A stretch of DNA of 64,000 nt from Eledone cirrhosa (taxonomy: Eukaryota): assembly GCA_964016885.1 (NCBI GenBank), contig OZ024743.1, positions 326,492,001 to 326,556,000 of the forward strand, written 5' to 3'. Every line of letters begins with the position of its first letter. Position 1 is the first letter of the stretch. The notes beneath the pieces are model-generated. The model saw nothing but the letters and a program-made list of their open reading frames with translations, searched no databases and was not told where the DNA came from. Below, piece by piece: positions 27,117 to 46,084 of this stretch. A program made the position numbers and the translations under genes.

Positions 27117-27624
27117 AACAAGGTTAGAGGAATACTGTGTGGTTGCACATGGGTCACATATTATAAAATTAGTCCCTCATCAGTGATTTGCCAACCATCA
27201 TTGGTATTTCATCGCATTAAAAATCAGATTCCTCAGGTTGGTGCGAGCAATAACTAAAATAAGCTATTGGGACAAGCGAGTCGCGTAAAGCGAGTGAGAC
27301 AAGTAAACAACATAGAAGGATAAAAGCAAACCGAAGATAGGAAAAAAACAAGCAACATGGTTATCCGTTCAGTATAAGCTGGGTGAATTTCATGAGCGGT
27401 CAGAAAAACAGACCGTACGCCGTGAATGAGGTGTGAGAAAGAAGGAACCCCACTACTAACGAACGGGAGGAAGTGAGAAGGGGAGAAACAGAGAGTGAGT
27501 GGAATTGCGAGGAAGAGGTCAGTCGAGAGAAAGTGTAACTGACAGAGGGGGCGAGAGAAGGTAAGAGAAACAGAGAGAACGGGGGAGCAGTAAGAGAGAA
27601 AGAGAGAAACAGATAATCGCAGTC

Positions 27625-27655
<31 letters not shown>

Positions 27656-27789
27656 GTGAGGTTTTTTTTTTTTTTTTTTTTTTTTACAAAATGAAAAATA
27701 ACCGAGGTGTCCTACACGAGTGAAAGTATAAAGAAAAAGAGATGAAATCGAAAATGCAACTGAAGTCTTATTTTTTTTTTTAAATATAT

Positions 27790-28361
27790 ATATTTATTTG
27801 GTTCCTTTACCGGTTTCGCAGTTCTTCTGCTTTTCAAAAGGTGAGTTGAGATGGAGGGTCTGTGGTTTTTCTCACATCTGGTTGGTCTCTGAATGTTACT
27901 TGTTTTATATGGAAAAAGTGGCTCGAAATTCCAGGTTTTTCGAGAAGTAATTTGATTGGTTTGTCAATAATTATAATAAATTTCGCGCCAGTTCGCGTTA
28001 CAATAGTTCTTCAAATAAGAGAGGGGGTGGGGGGTTGTCACAGGTTGTTTTTTCATATATGAGTGTTTGAATTTCTTTTTACTTGAAAAAAGGAGGCTCA
28101 CGAAGGCTTTTTTTTGGTTGGTTATAAATGAAATTTGGCTGTCACGTGAACAAGTTTTTATTACATTTTTGCGCCCTTATTTGGAAAACTATTCTGTAGT
28201 CTTTATAGTGAATGTTATGACAATGGAGAGATAGTGGTCAAGAGAAAAGGGATTGGGAGAAATGTTCTGGTTCAGTGAATATGGCCAGCTCGCTGTGGTG
28301 TCAGAGTTCAGATTTTCTATTGAGACTGAAGATATGTATGTTTATTTGTGTGCTTGTGTGT

Positions 28362-28403
<42 letters not shown>

Positions 28404-28646
28404 TGGAAGATGATTCTATTAGTAGAGATGGGGGAGGGAGTTGTGTGTGTGTGTATATGGGTGTTATGTGTGTGCGAGTATGTTAAGATGGAGAGAATAT
28501 ATATTTTGTGTGTGTGTGTATATATATGTGTGTAGGAAAGTGGTTCTATTAGTAGAAATGGGGAGGGAGTTGTAGGTGTGGGGGTTGTTATGTGTGTGTA
28601 TGGGTGTTATGTGTGTGGGAGTATGGTTAGCATGTTATGATGAAGA

Positions 28647-28685
<39 letters not shown>

Positions 28686-29920
28686 GTGTATGTGTGTGTG
28701 TAGGAAAGTGATTCCTTTAGTAGGAATATTTTTGAATGAACATATTTTCCTTACTTTTTCGTGTTTGCTGTTGTATTGCCAGTGCAAACGTATGTTAAGG
28801 TTTATTTAGTTCGGGTTTTTATTTTCTAAAGTAGAAGGTGTTATGTGTGTGTGTGTATGTCATATTGTGTGACCTCTTCAGTGACTGGGGATTCTTTTCT
28901 TTGTTTTTGTGCCTCTCCTTTGTTCTGTCCTACGCCATCTTGTTTCTGTATGTGTGTTGTGTGCTCAGTCTGTGCATGCGCCACATCCGGGTGTCTGTGT
29001 GTGTTTATATTCGTTTATTTATTTGTTTATTTATATGTTACAGGCTGGTTGTTTGTTCTATGTGCGTGTGTGTTTTCATTTTGTCCTTAATTGTAAGTTG
29101 TGATGTTGCTGTTCCACTCATGTTTTCTATTTAATTTTGCTTGTAATTCTTTTATGTTTATTGCCTCTGTGATTTGTCTAAACATTGCGTCTTTTCTGTG
29201 TGTAGATTCTATTTTTATTTCTATGTTCTTTAATTTACCCTTATGTTCTATTTTAGCATGTTGGTAGAGTACAGATGATTCTTTACTATCTTGAAGGTCT
29301 CGCCAGTGTTCATTTATCCGTTCCCCTACACTACGAGCTGTCTCACCTATGTACACTATATTTTTGTCTCTACATTGTCCTTCAGTACATCTTATGCTAT
29401 ATACTACATTTCTAGTTTTACAGTTAATATGGGGGTTTAATTTACAGGTTATACATTTCTTATCTATACAAGGGGTCTTTGAAAAGGGTATGTCTTGCTA
29501 ATAAGTGTTTTTATGGAAGTACCTGGTCTTTCTACTATCTTAATATTGAGTTTATGTTTATCTAGGGCCCTTCTAAATTTGTAAGCTAATTCACCTCTAG
29601 GGGTTGTATCGATGAACATTACACTCTGGTATTTATTGCTATCATACCACGAGTTTATTCTATTAGCCTTATTCCTAGTTCTTTCTATTCTATTCCAAAA
29701 TTTGCTTTTATACAAGTGGCAGGTCCCATTTATGTCATTATTTCCCATTTTTTCCCATTTGGTTCTGGCTCCTCTATACACTCTGATTTTATCTCTCTGA
29801 TTGTAACCATAGAACTGCATACGGTGGATGAAGTGTTGTATGTGTCTCTCTAGTTCTTCGGGGTTGCACATGCGGGACACATTTCTCATCACCCGTACCA
29901 AATCATAAGAAATGCGCAAC
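27790..29920 (-). mobile_element. Second Penelope-like family, 5'-truncated (RT C-terminus, GIY-YIG, 3' region with decayed hammerhead)
   Basis: ORFs 29464..29919 and 29087..29356: YIGETARSVGERINEH...RQITEAINI...LNRKHEWN. Confidence 0.8.
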
Positions 29921-30149
29921 CGGTAAAAACTTAAAACTAAAACTGAATACTAACTAATACCTATTACTAATTTATACTTATTCCTAATTAAACTATGTAT
30001 TATTAATATATATCATTACGGGATCGATAAAATAAAGTACCAGTAATACACTGAGTAATTGCTGGCCTTGTGCCTAAAGTAGAAACAATTATTAATATAT
30101 ATCATGTTTAACTAGAGTTATTACAAGCGTTGCCTTAAAAAAATATTAA

Positions 30150-30589
30150 ACTAGACCTGAAAAATGCGCAAGCTCAAAAGAGTCACAGAAAATAAACCTT
30201 CAAAAGTGTTGGACTAGAGTTGTTGCTCAAAAATATTGTAATCATTATCTATCGTACACTCTGCGGCATCCTGTTATAAAAAAGAGACTCATAACGAACT
30301 CAAGACGACACGATAATTATTTAAGTGAATTTATAATATAGAATTCGGCTTAAGTGCATTTCGTATTAATCATTACTAAACATCTAATATGAGATATTGA
30401 ACATTAGCTTAAATAATTATATTGTCGTCTTGAGTTCGTTATGAGTCTCTTTTTTATAAAAGGATGCCACAGAGTGTACGATAGATAATGATTACAATAT
30501 TTTTGAGCAACAACTCTAGTCCCACACTTTTGAAGGTTTATTATAACATTCTGTGGCTCTTTTGAGCTTGCGCATTTTTCAGGTCTAGT
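30150..30589. repeat. Fold-back / MITE-like inverted repeat, arms about 175 bp
   Basis: 30150-30325 is the reverse complement of 30408-30589 (actagacctgaaaaatgcgcaagc... / ...gcttgcgcatttttcaggtctagt). Confidence 0.88.
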
Positions 30590-30708
30590 ATATATATGTG
30601 TGTGTGTGGCTATATATATACATATATATATATATGTGTTTGTGTGTGCGTGTGTGGCTATATATATACACATATATATATGGCTATATATATACATATA
30701 TATATGCA

Positions 30709-30739
<31 letters not shown>

Positions 30740-30811
30740 ATATATATGTATATATATATATACATATATATATACATATATATATATATACATATATATA
30801 TACATATATGT

Positions 30812-30891
<80 letters not shown>

Positions 30892-30903
30892 TATATATAT
30901 ATA

Positions 30904-31898
<995 letters not shown>

Positions 31899-32567
31899 AT
31901 AATAATAAATTTGAAGGCTAAAATCCAAAGAGGGCTCGATAAGGATAAATATATATTTACATACCGAAAATGTTGACACTGTTATATGTAATTTTTGTTA
32001 AAGATTACATTTAAGAGAATATTCAACAGTCTATATTTTTCTTTCACGGGCCTAGTAAATCCTTTAATTTTGTTTTCATAAAATTCAGAATTTTAGTAAT
32101 GTAACACATTTAAAAAATTTAGAAAATTTAGAAAATTAATATAAATAACCATCAACTTTTAAAAACTTAAAATTTTGTTTCTTCACCCTAAAATAACATA
32201 AATTAAATATTTTGAAACTTAACCGCTAAGTCATTATGGGGAAAAAAATGTTTGCATAAATTACTCCCCTTTATCTCTCCCTCTCTTTAATTATCTATCG
32301 GTTGCCTTCATAAACTGTGATAAAATTATATTTCCAGAGACGTCTTCCTCTATAATCTTAATTTGTAGTATCCCACATTTTAAAATCTCTGTTACATTAA
32401 ATCTCTGTTACATTAAAGCAACATTTTCCTTACTCATACCTTCTCTATTGAATCTATTACGTTTTCGCATTTTCTCATTATTAGGGTATAAATGTTGAGT
32501 TTTCTCATAGGTTAATCACTACCTTGATTAAATATTAACCATTTAACATCTTAGGGTATGTCATGTA

Positions 32568-32632
32568 TCATTATATTTTGTCTGATGAGGACGGACTGTT
32601 GTACCTCTGAAATATGTATAATAAAATGTAAT
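32568..32632 (+). ncRNA. Minimal type I hammerhead ribozyme-like motif (weak stem II)
   Basis: ttatattttgt-CTGATGA-ggacgg...cctct-GAAA-tat-GTA-taataaaatgtaa; homologous to 57145-57215(-). Confidence 0.5.
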
Positions 32633-32765
32633 TGACCAAAAGAACATCTATTTTATAAATATTTGTATTTTAATATTAATAACTCTGGAAAATATTTTCT
32701 CTAGAGTGCTTCCAATCTACTGTAAAACTTATTCTTTGATGTACTCATTGAATCTTGTTTAACTC

Positions 32766-32863
<98 letters not shown>

Positions 32864-32934
32864 TTAAACTTTAATCTGTTATTTTAATAAATATACTATA
32901 TATATATATACAAATACTATATATATATATATAC

Positions 32935-32966
<32 letters not shown>

Positions 32967-33124
32967 CACTGGTACTCTCTTTTGTTGACTCCGTGGAGAG
33001 CCATAACTCTATGCTGTAAAGCAATTATAGTAATACTGGACTGTAATACGATCGGCTTCAACTATACAAACTCTTGAAAGTCAACAGTTGACATAATCTT
33101 GTAATCTTGTATCAGTAAAGACGG

Positions 33125-33195
<71 letters not shown>

Positions 33196-33313
33196 TGTGA
33201 GTAGAGTAGCGTGTGTGTGTGTTTGTTGTATGTATGAGTGTTCCTGTGTGCGCGCATATGTATGCGTGTGTGTGTGTCGTACGTATAAGTGTCAATAAGT
33301 GATTTTTTTTTTT

Positions 33314-37697
<4,384 letters not shown>

Positions 37698-38471
37698 GTA
37701 TATATATACAATGGCAAATGTATGTATACATGTATACACGTTAAAGAGATAAGATACGTAAAAATAATCACAAATCATCAACTTACATATCTAAAGTTTG
37801 TAAGTATGGGTTGGGCGGTTATGAAACCAAGTATAGGAAGTGTTATTTTATCATTATATGAATTGCTATTTTATCAGAGAGATTTTTAAAAAAATAAAAA
37901 CGTCTATTCCATTGTGATAAAGTGTGTTCCATTAGAATCCGTTTCGTTCCCATTAAGAAAACGAAAACAACCAAAGAGTATAAGAGTGACGTCACTATTT
38001 CCACTGCAAACAAAATGAGACGGGAAAAGAAAACACCTCTCGTCCATAAACTAATGTAGTTAGCGTCGTCTAGATAAGTAATTATGTTCGAAGTATTTAG
38101 AGAACATCAGTTAAGGCATGTTTTCTTTATAGGAATGCATACGGAATACATTATAAATAACTGCCATCTCTCATCATGTAAAATATATGTATTTAATTAT
38201 CCATTTCGTATTGAGTTCTATATCGGATAATGTACGCTAATAAATTATACACAACTACAATATTACGGTATTCGCTCACACACACAGACACACACACACA
38301 CACACACATACACACACATACACACATACACACACACATACATGCATACACATACACATTCATATATATATATACACACACATGCACACAAATATATATA
38401 TATACATACATATATATATACATATATATGTATATATATATGTATATATATAAATACATATATATACATAT

Positions 38472-39386
38472 ATATGTACACGTACATACATATATGTATA
38501 CAGACGTACAGTAGTATGTATATATATATACATAGATGCACACATATATATATGTACGTATGGATTCACCGAACATTTATTATAATGCTCGGTGTGTTTG
38601 TAAACAAACATCCCGTATTAAGCCGTAGTGTCCAGCAACCATCGCTGCTCGTTTGTTCAACACTGACAAAGGAACGCTGTACTAGTTTCAAGCTTATTAG
38701 CTATCGTCAGCAACGTATACCTTCCTGCCAGATTGTTGAACGTATATACTTACCTTATGCATATTAACGGCTGAGTAACCCAATTTGCATATCGAGTGGG
38801 TTAATCGGCCGGGTGCACCGAAAACGATAAACGGAAAAAATGAAACGAAATTTCATTTCCCACTCTTAGTACGGCTGTTACTTAAATATAAGTATGTACA
38901 CGTACATACATATATGTATACAGACGTACAGTAGTATGTATATATATATACATACATGCACACATATATATATGTACGTATGGATTCACCGAACATTTAT
39001 TATAATGCTCGGTGTGTTTGTAAACAAACATCCCGTATTAAGCCGTAGTGTCCAGCAACCATCGTTGCTCGTTTGTTCAACACTGACAAAGGAACGCTGT
39101 AGTAGTTTCAAGCTTATTAGCTATCGTCAGTGTTGAACAAACGAGCAACGATGGTTGCTGGACACTACGGCTTAATACGGGATGTTTGTTTACAAACACA
39201 CCGAGCATTATAATAAATGTTCGCTGAATCCATACGTACATATATATATGTGTGCATGTATATATATATATATATACATACTACTGTACATCTGTATACA
39301 TATATGTATGTACGTGTACATACTTATATTTAAGTAACAGCCGTACTAAGAGTGGGAAATGAAATTTCGTTTCATTTTTTTCCGTT
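38472..39386. repeat. Direct duplication plus long fold-back inversion
   Basis: 38472-38710 is repeated at 38892-39130; about 38830-39087 is inverted at about 39126-39386. Confidence 0.9.
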
Positions 39387-39759
39387 CATCACATATATTT
39401 TTAATTATCAATCACATATATTTTTATTGTTTGACTCGAATTACTTGGTCGTTTGTTTTGGTTGTGCGGATGATCTGTTTAACCATCATCTCAGTGTGTT
39501 TGGCCCTTAACGTATGTTGTAGCTCTGATTCACATGAATCATCGAGCGCTTGCCACACATATCGGACGTTGATTTTCGTTAATTCCTGAGCTGAAATACG
39601 ATTCTCGCTAATTTATATTTATATATATATATATATGTATATATGAATTTATGTGTGTATGGATGTGTATGTGTGTAGGGATGTGTATGTGTGTATATAT
39701 ATATATGATTGTGTGTGTGAGTGTGGTGTGTATGTGTTTGTGGTGTGTATGTATTTGTC

Positions 39760-39836
<77 letters not shown>

Positions 39837-40130
39837 TGAAATTGTAGACACCAAGACCATTTTTGCAGGCCTCACCAATGAATACCTATTGTTTGCGTGG
39901 AATAAATGAACCTTAAGAATTAGGAGTGCCTTTCAGTGTGCTCATGTTTGTCTATAGGTACTTAGTGTGAATTCTTTTCTGCCTTTGTATCCCTATTTTT
40001 CTCTAAACATAGTTTTTAAAGAATCCCCTTTCTTTAAATCCATTAACCAATAACCGACTTCCACCCATCCCAATCACCACCCTCTCTGCCACCAGAGAAT
40101 GTATAAATGCCACCATATTACATTGACAGT

Positions 40131-40182
40131 CGGCTTCCTGATGATTTCTCCCAAATGAAAAAGTTCTAGTCCTGTAGAAGCC
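40131..40182 (+). ncRNA. Decayed type I hammerhead motif
   Basis: ggcttc-CTGATGA-...-GAAA-...-GTA-gaagcc; perfect 6-bp stem I, eroded stems II and III. Confidence 0.5.
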
Positions 40183-40187
40183 ATTTC

Positions 40188-40236
<49 letters not shown>

Positions 40237-41360
40237 AAGACGAAGTTCTCTGTATGTGTGTGTATGTGTGTGTGGACAATTTTTAATGAGGGCTCATATA
40301 TTCTAAACCATTCAAGCGATTTCTTCTCCTTGCACAAAACCTGTACATGATCTACAAACGCTTTCAAAAATCGATATTGGGGCCTTTGGAGACATTAAAA
40401 AAGTTTCGTTATTTGTGTCAATTTTCGTGATTAAGTAAGACAAGAGTTATCTTTCGTAATTCGGCTCATTCGGATTTTAATTTACTCTTTGTACTTGAAA
40501 CAAAAGGTACGCCTCCATGAGACTAACAATATCATTTTGTATATTTCACAACCAACAATTTCTAACAGATTACTAAGTTAAGTTATAGATTTGACATTGT
40601 ATAATTAAAATAATTTAAATAAATAAAAATTAAAAATTAAAATTAAAATTTAAAATCGAAAATCCTAAATCAAATATCAGAAATTATAAATTAAAAAATT
40701 AAAAAATTAAAAAATTAACAATTAGAAATTTAAAAAATTTTCAAGTGAGAATAACTTTCGGCAGGATAAATACGCGGAAACAAAAACAAAGATAAACCCC
40801 TATTTTCCTGCACCAATCGCATTTGAACAGAAGCCCCCTCAATTCAATCTATACGTGGACAAATTGACAATCATATGGATCATTTTGCATATATGTACTC
40901 TATGTGTTTTTGCATTTATTCATTATTGGTTCTTTTCGTTTGTGTACTTTATATGTTTGTTTTTTTTGGTTTTGTTCCATGTGATGGAAATTATGGAAAT
41001 TATGGTCAGTTGTACTGTCCATGCTTGGTGAGAGGTAGTATTATGACCTGTAAATACTAACACTCTCCCATCTCCACTGGCTTTCGGCTGACTGCCACAG
41101 ACGGGATGGGTAGCAGTAAACTATGGTACAGGCCTGAATGGGTCATTGTTTGGCTGAGAGGGTGAACTGACTAAGCGAATTTCGTTGAAATCTGCCGTAG
41201 CTAATGGTCAACTTCCTTTGGACATGCGCCTGCGCAGACCGGTGGGGGTGAATTGGTACTCACAGGGGAACGGATGAAGAACCCAAAAGCACACACTTCA
41301 TCCGTTCCCATGTCGATTCAATTCGGATTGCCTCGGAAACATAACCTTATTATGTAACAA

Positions 41361-41434
41361 GCTGTCTGACGATGTCGCGACACTGGCACACAGATCAGTG
41401 TGGCCAGTGTCGTCATTGAAATATATATCACAGC
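41361..41434 (+). ncRNA. Type I hammerhead ribozyme with long stem II and palindromic minimal stem III
   Basis: gctgt-CTGACGA-[cgacactggc..gccagtgtcg]-GAAA-tatat-ATC-acagc. Confidence 0.75.
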
Positions 41435-41896
41435 ATTATTATTAAAAGACTTGAACATCTGAAACTACTTCGCTGTTCCTTATTCGATATTTACTCCATC
41501 ACTCCTATGTGGAATAAGCACGTTGAGTGCTTGAATTGAATTGCATCAATGTTTACCCTAAGTATATATATATATTAGTTGAATGTTCAAGAAAGTAGTA
41601 GTTCCATAGTCTTTATTGAAAGAAGCATGTATTCTCCATTACCAGTAGATGTATGCACGGCCTTCAAATACTAGTCATCAGTCATGATTAAATCCGTAAC
41701 GTCATGCACGGTGCCTACTTCCAATGTTTAGATGCTGCAAAATTATAAAAGCCGGCTGTCAGGGAAGTGCATATTGTCCTTTTTCAGACAGACCGCGATA
41801 CTTATACGTAAAGAAATTTATATAAAATATATATAATGTGAGATATATAATGTCCTAGCTAGAATGGATGGAATAGGTAAGGAATGGGGAAATACA

Positions 41897-41970
<74 letters not shown>

Positions 41971-42248
41971 CTCTCACTATAGATATATATACACACACAC
42001 ACAACCTCGGTTACTCAACATTTTATTATATATATATATATTTTTTTTAAGGTCGATCGACTTTCGTCAAATCGGACCGAGGAAACAATGTTTCCTTCCA
42101 TTGGTCTTTCCAGTTGCTAATACTATCTATCGGTCGCAACTCCAGGTAGAAGGAGCAACGTGAAATAAAGTGTCTTGCTCAAGGACATAACGCCACGAAA
42201 TTTAGTAGATAAATTATATAATATTCATTCATTATTTATTCAAAGTAA

Positions 42249-42430
42249 GTGGATTGGCAGTATCGGTAGAGAGTCGGACTCCATGCTTTGAAGCATAGAG
42301 TTATGTCCCTTTATGATCTGAGTTCAAATCCCGCCGAGGTTAACTTTGCCTTTCATCCTTACAGGGTCGATAAAATAAAGTACCAGTAATGTACTGGCTA
42401 ATTGCTGGCCTTGTGCCTAAAATAGAAACA
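42249..42430 (+). mobile_element. SINE family 1 with TSD attatttattcaaagtaa
   Basis: Full head, core and tail; 18-bp direct repeat on the flanks. Confidence 0.92.
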
Positions 42431-42512
42431 ATTATTTATTCAAAGTAATCCAACTTATTTTACTAATGGGATAAAAAATTATAAACCGTACGCAGTCCCG
42501 CGCTCCTCCCTT

Positions 42513-42542
<30 letters not shown>

Positions 42543-42547
<5 letters not shown>

Positions 42548-43040
42548 TAAAGTTAGTCCTTCATCAGTGATCTTCCAACCATCATTGGTATTTCATCGCT
42601 TTAAAGACCATATACCTCCGGTTGGTGCGAGCAACGGCTAAAAAAAGTCGTTGGGACACGTAAATAAAGGGGACACGAGAGTGTAAACAAAGATGGTGAA
42701 GTAACGAAAAGTGAGGAAGAAAGAGTCAAATCCCAAATTTCCATGAATATAACTTCGGTGAAATCGTGAACGAGAGAGAATAAAGACCATCAAACCTGGT
42801 TGGAATGTGAGCAAGGAAGGAATTCCGTACAGGTCTAACGGGAGGAAGAAGGGATCTAGTCTGTGAATTCGGTGAACATAAGTTCTGTGAAATCGTAGAC
42901 GAGAGAGAGAAAAAAAGCGAACCTGCCTGACCAAGGGTGCGAAAGAAAAGAATTACGCACAGGTCAAACGGGAAGAAGGAGGAGGAGGAGGAGAGGTAGT
43001 AACAGAGAGTGAGTGAAGGGTGAGGAAGAGGCTAACAGAG
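42543..43040 (-). repeat. Copy of the 26161-27080 repeat family
   Basis: Reverse complement of about 26575-27080. Confidence 0.85.
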
Positions 43041-43246
43041 AGAATATTTATATAACGAAGGAGGTGTGGTAAGGAACCAGATGGACCATAACGCACCAGA
43101 GTACTCAATACTTAGGGTAGTAGAGTGGGTAATAGGAAAATGTTTAACCCCGACGGCAGAGCTCGACCCGTTTCGACGGCTATTTCTGTCCAGAAATAGC
43201 CGTCGAAATGGCTTGAGCTCTGCTGTCGGGATTAAACATTTTCATA

Positions 43247-43363
<117 letters not shown>

Positions 43364-44358
43364 TGCATATATCCCTTTATTAATTTGTTATTTGTTTTCT
43401 CTTCCCTTCACTTTATCACCTTATATTATTTTTAAGTTGAGATTGGTTATAACACAAACACATTTTATTTGATTATCTTATTCTTTTATTCTTTTACCAT
43501 CTTGTTCCTAATACCAATCTATCCAACATATTTCTGACCTTGAGATTGGTTATAGCACACACACACTTTATCTTACTTTATTTGAATCTTCATTTTATTT
43601 TTCACTTCTTCATATTCATTTTCATTACTGTTTCATCAATTTTTCATTTATTCTTTATTCTCTATTTATTATTTATTTTCTGTTTTCTTCATTTTATTGC
43701 CTTATATTTCTTCATATACATGGAAGAACCCCCCCCCCCCCACCACCACCACGGGAGATGGTTGCAGTAGGGATGAAAAACACACACACAGATACTTCTA
43801 AATTGTCAGCAGCAGCAAGACATAAGCTGACCACAACACCAACAACACTACCAAAATAAGGGTAGAGGTCAGATGTACTTAACAATAACAAATACAAACA
43901 CTACAGGGAGCCTCACCCCAGAAAGATTTTCTATAGACTTCGGACTGAGGAATGCTCTCAAAACTGACCAATGGGAAGTTTGACATTTTTTTGTTATTTT
44001 GTTCCTTTACCATCTTATTCCTTCTACCACTTTATCAATTTTTTTTAGCTAACTCCAACAATAACAACACTACCAACACAAGAATTGAGGTCAGATGTAC
44101 CTAACAATAACAAGAACAACAACTACAGATTGGCTTACCTCAGAACGAATTTCTATAGACTTTTGAATGAGGAATGTTCTAACAACTGACCAATGAGAGG
44201 AGAAGAGGCCCTTTGACACTGAAATTCGTTTGTTTGAATTCATATGATTCCAGTTCCTCAGTGAAATAACAACCCAACCAGGAACTGGGCATATCAGAGT
44301 ATTGACAAAGTTATACACCTCAACAACATATGTACTTATCTATACCACACTAATTCGG

Positions 44359-44413
44359 ACTGCCTGAAGAGGTCACAGCCAAAGATGGCTGTCACCGAAA
44401 TATATATAGCAGT
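44359..44413 (+). ncRNA. Type I hammerhead ribozyme, intact core
   Basis: actgc-CTGAAGA-GGTcACAGCC-aaagat-GGCTGTcACC-GAAA-tatat-ATA-gcagt; stems I and II pair, stem III is a self-complementary ATATAT. Confidence 0.85.
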
Positions 44414-44910
44414 AATAAACGAAGCTAAATTTTAAACATTTGACTTATTTATTTTATTTTATTTTACATTACTCCGGAGTAACCAAACCAACCTGCGCAC
44501 TTCGTCGAGTGTTCCAATCTGCATACTGAGGTGTTGGTATACAACCAACATATACTCAAAAAAAAAATATATATATATATAGGAACGAGTAGGACCCCGA
44601 CGGCTGAGCTCAAGCCGTTTCGACGGCTAATTCTGGACTAAATGAAAATTTTTCATTTAGTCCAGAACTTTACCTTCCAGTGTTCCACCACCATATATAT
44701 ATATATATAGGAACGAGTAGAACCCCGACGGCTGAGCTCAAGCCGTTTCGATGGCTAATTCTGGATTAAATTTAGTCCAGAATTAGCCGTCGAAACGGCT
44801 TGAGCTCAGCCGTCGGGGTCCTACTCGTTCCTATTACCCACTCTACTACCCTAAGTATTGAGTACTTTGGTGCGTTATGGTCCACCTGGTTCCTTACCAC
44901 ATTTCCTCCG

Positions 44911-44946
<36 letters not shown>

Positions 44947-44949
<3 letters not shown>

Positions 44950-45657
44950 GTGTCCTTTTACATCATGGATCACAGGCCTCGCGCACCAGGACAAAGTCTG
45001 ATTCACAGCCTTGGGTCCTATTCCCCTCTTGGACTCAACTCACCTCCCCAATTTCTCTAATACCCCGTCCATTATCACACCCCTAGATTACTATCCCTTT
45101 CTCTTGATCATTAACATCTCTTACAACTAATACATGCCGACTATATATGCTCACTCCACTTTTCCCTTCACTGCTCTATATACACACATACACACCCTTA
45201 TATTAACTTACTTTTGCTCATAGCTTCGTACTTACATGCACACACACTCTTTTACTCACATATACACATACATTTCTTCTTAGCTTCGTACGGACGTATA
45301 ATAACAGACACACACATGCTTACGCACGTGCACAAGAATAGCTCTTTTTACAAAACGTTTTTTTTTTTTGCATTTCAGGTAGACGCGCTCCATCATCCAC
45401 TTTTCTAAAAAATAATCATACACAAAACGCCAGCACCAACAGTTTCGCAAGAGATGTCAACATGAATGGACCTGTTATTTTTATCTAAAGACATTTTTTC
45501 CTATTCCAACCCACCCGTCCCCTTAATCTATTTTATTTCTCATTCTTTCTTCTGATGAAGGACTAGCGTCCGAAACGCTAAGACCCTCTTCCTGATATAT
45601 CAAGCGTTAACCTAATATATCCCTTCCATTGTGTTGTTATTTCTGTTTACCTTTTAC
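44947..45657 (+). mobile_element. Non-coding PLE-type 3' fragment with minimal hammerhead motif
   Basis: CTGATGA-a-GGAC-tagc-GTCC-GAAA at about 45552; shared downstream aagcgttaacctaata; (TA)n on both sides. Confidence 0.6.
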
Positions 45658-45684
45658 ATATATATATATATATATACATATATT

Positions 45685-46034
45685 GGCGATTCGCAGACCG
45701 AAAGAATACGATCGCGGATACAAGCGGCCGAAATGGGGTTCCTCTGGGGTGTCTTTGGAGTAAGGTTACTCGATAGAGAACGTAGCTCGGAGATCAGAGA
45801 GTCACTCCAGGTAGAGCCGCTACTTCTCCGAATTGAGAGATCACAGCTCCGATACTATGGGCATGTGGTTAGAGTGTCTCAGGAAAGAATCCATGAGCTT
45901 GGCTGGTCACGCTTGGGGATCCAACCGGATCAATTGGAGATGGTTGCTTCTGACAAGACCTGCTGGAGGGATTGTTTGAGGACTCTACCCCAACGACCCT
46001 CTCAAGAGTAAGTGGGCGAAGAAGAAGAAGAAGA
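45685..46034 (+). mobile_element. 3' fragment of an RTE-like LINE with (GAA)n tail
   Basis: RSRIQAAEMGFL...DRERSSEIRESLQVEPLLLRIERSQLRYYGHV. Confidence 0.8.
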
Positions 46035-46045
46035 ATGTATATATT

Positions 46046-46084
<39 letters not shown>

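Noticed and set aside
40226-40275. Helitron-like 5' end (tatataaagacgaagttctctgtatgtg)
   Set aside because: No matching hairpin-CTAG 3' end could be located.
43946-43970. CTGAGGA hammerhead-like word
   Set aside because: No GAAA and no stems in register.
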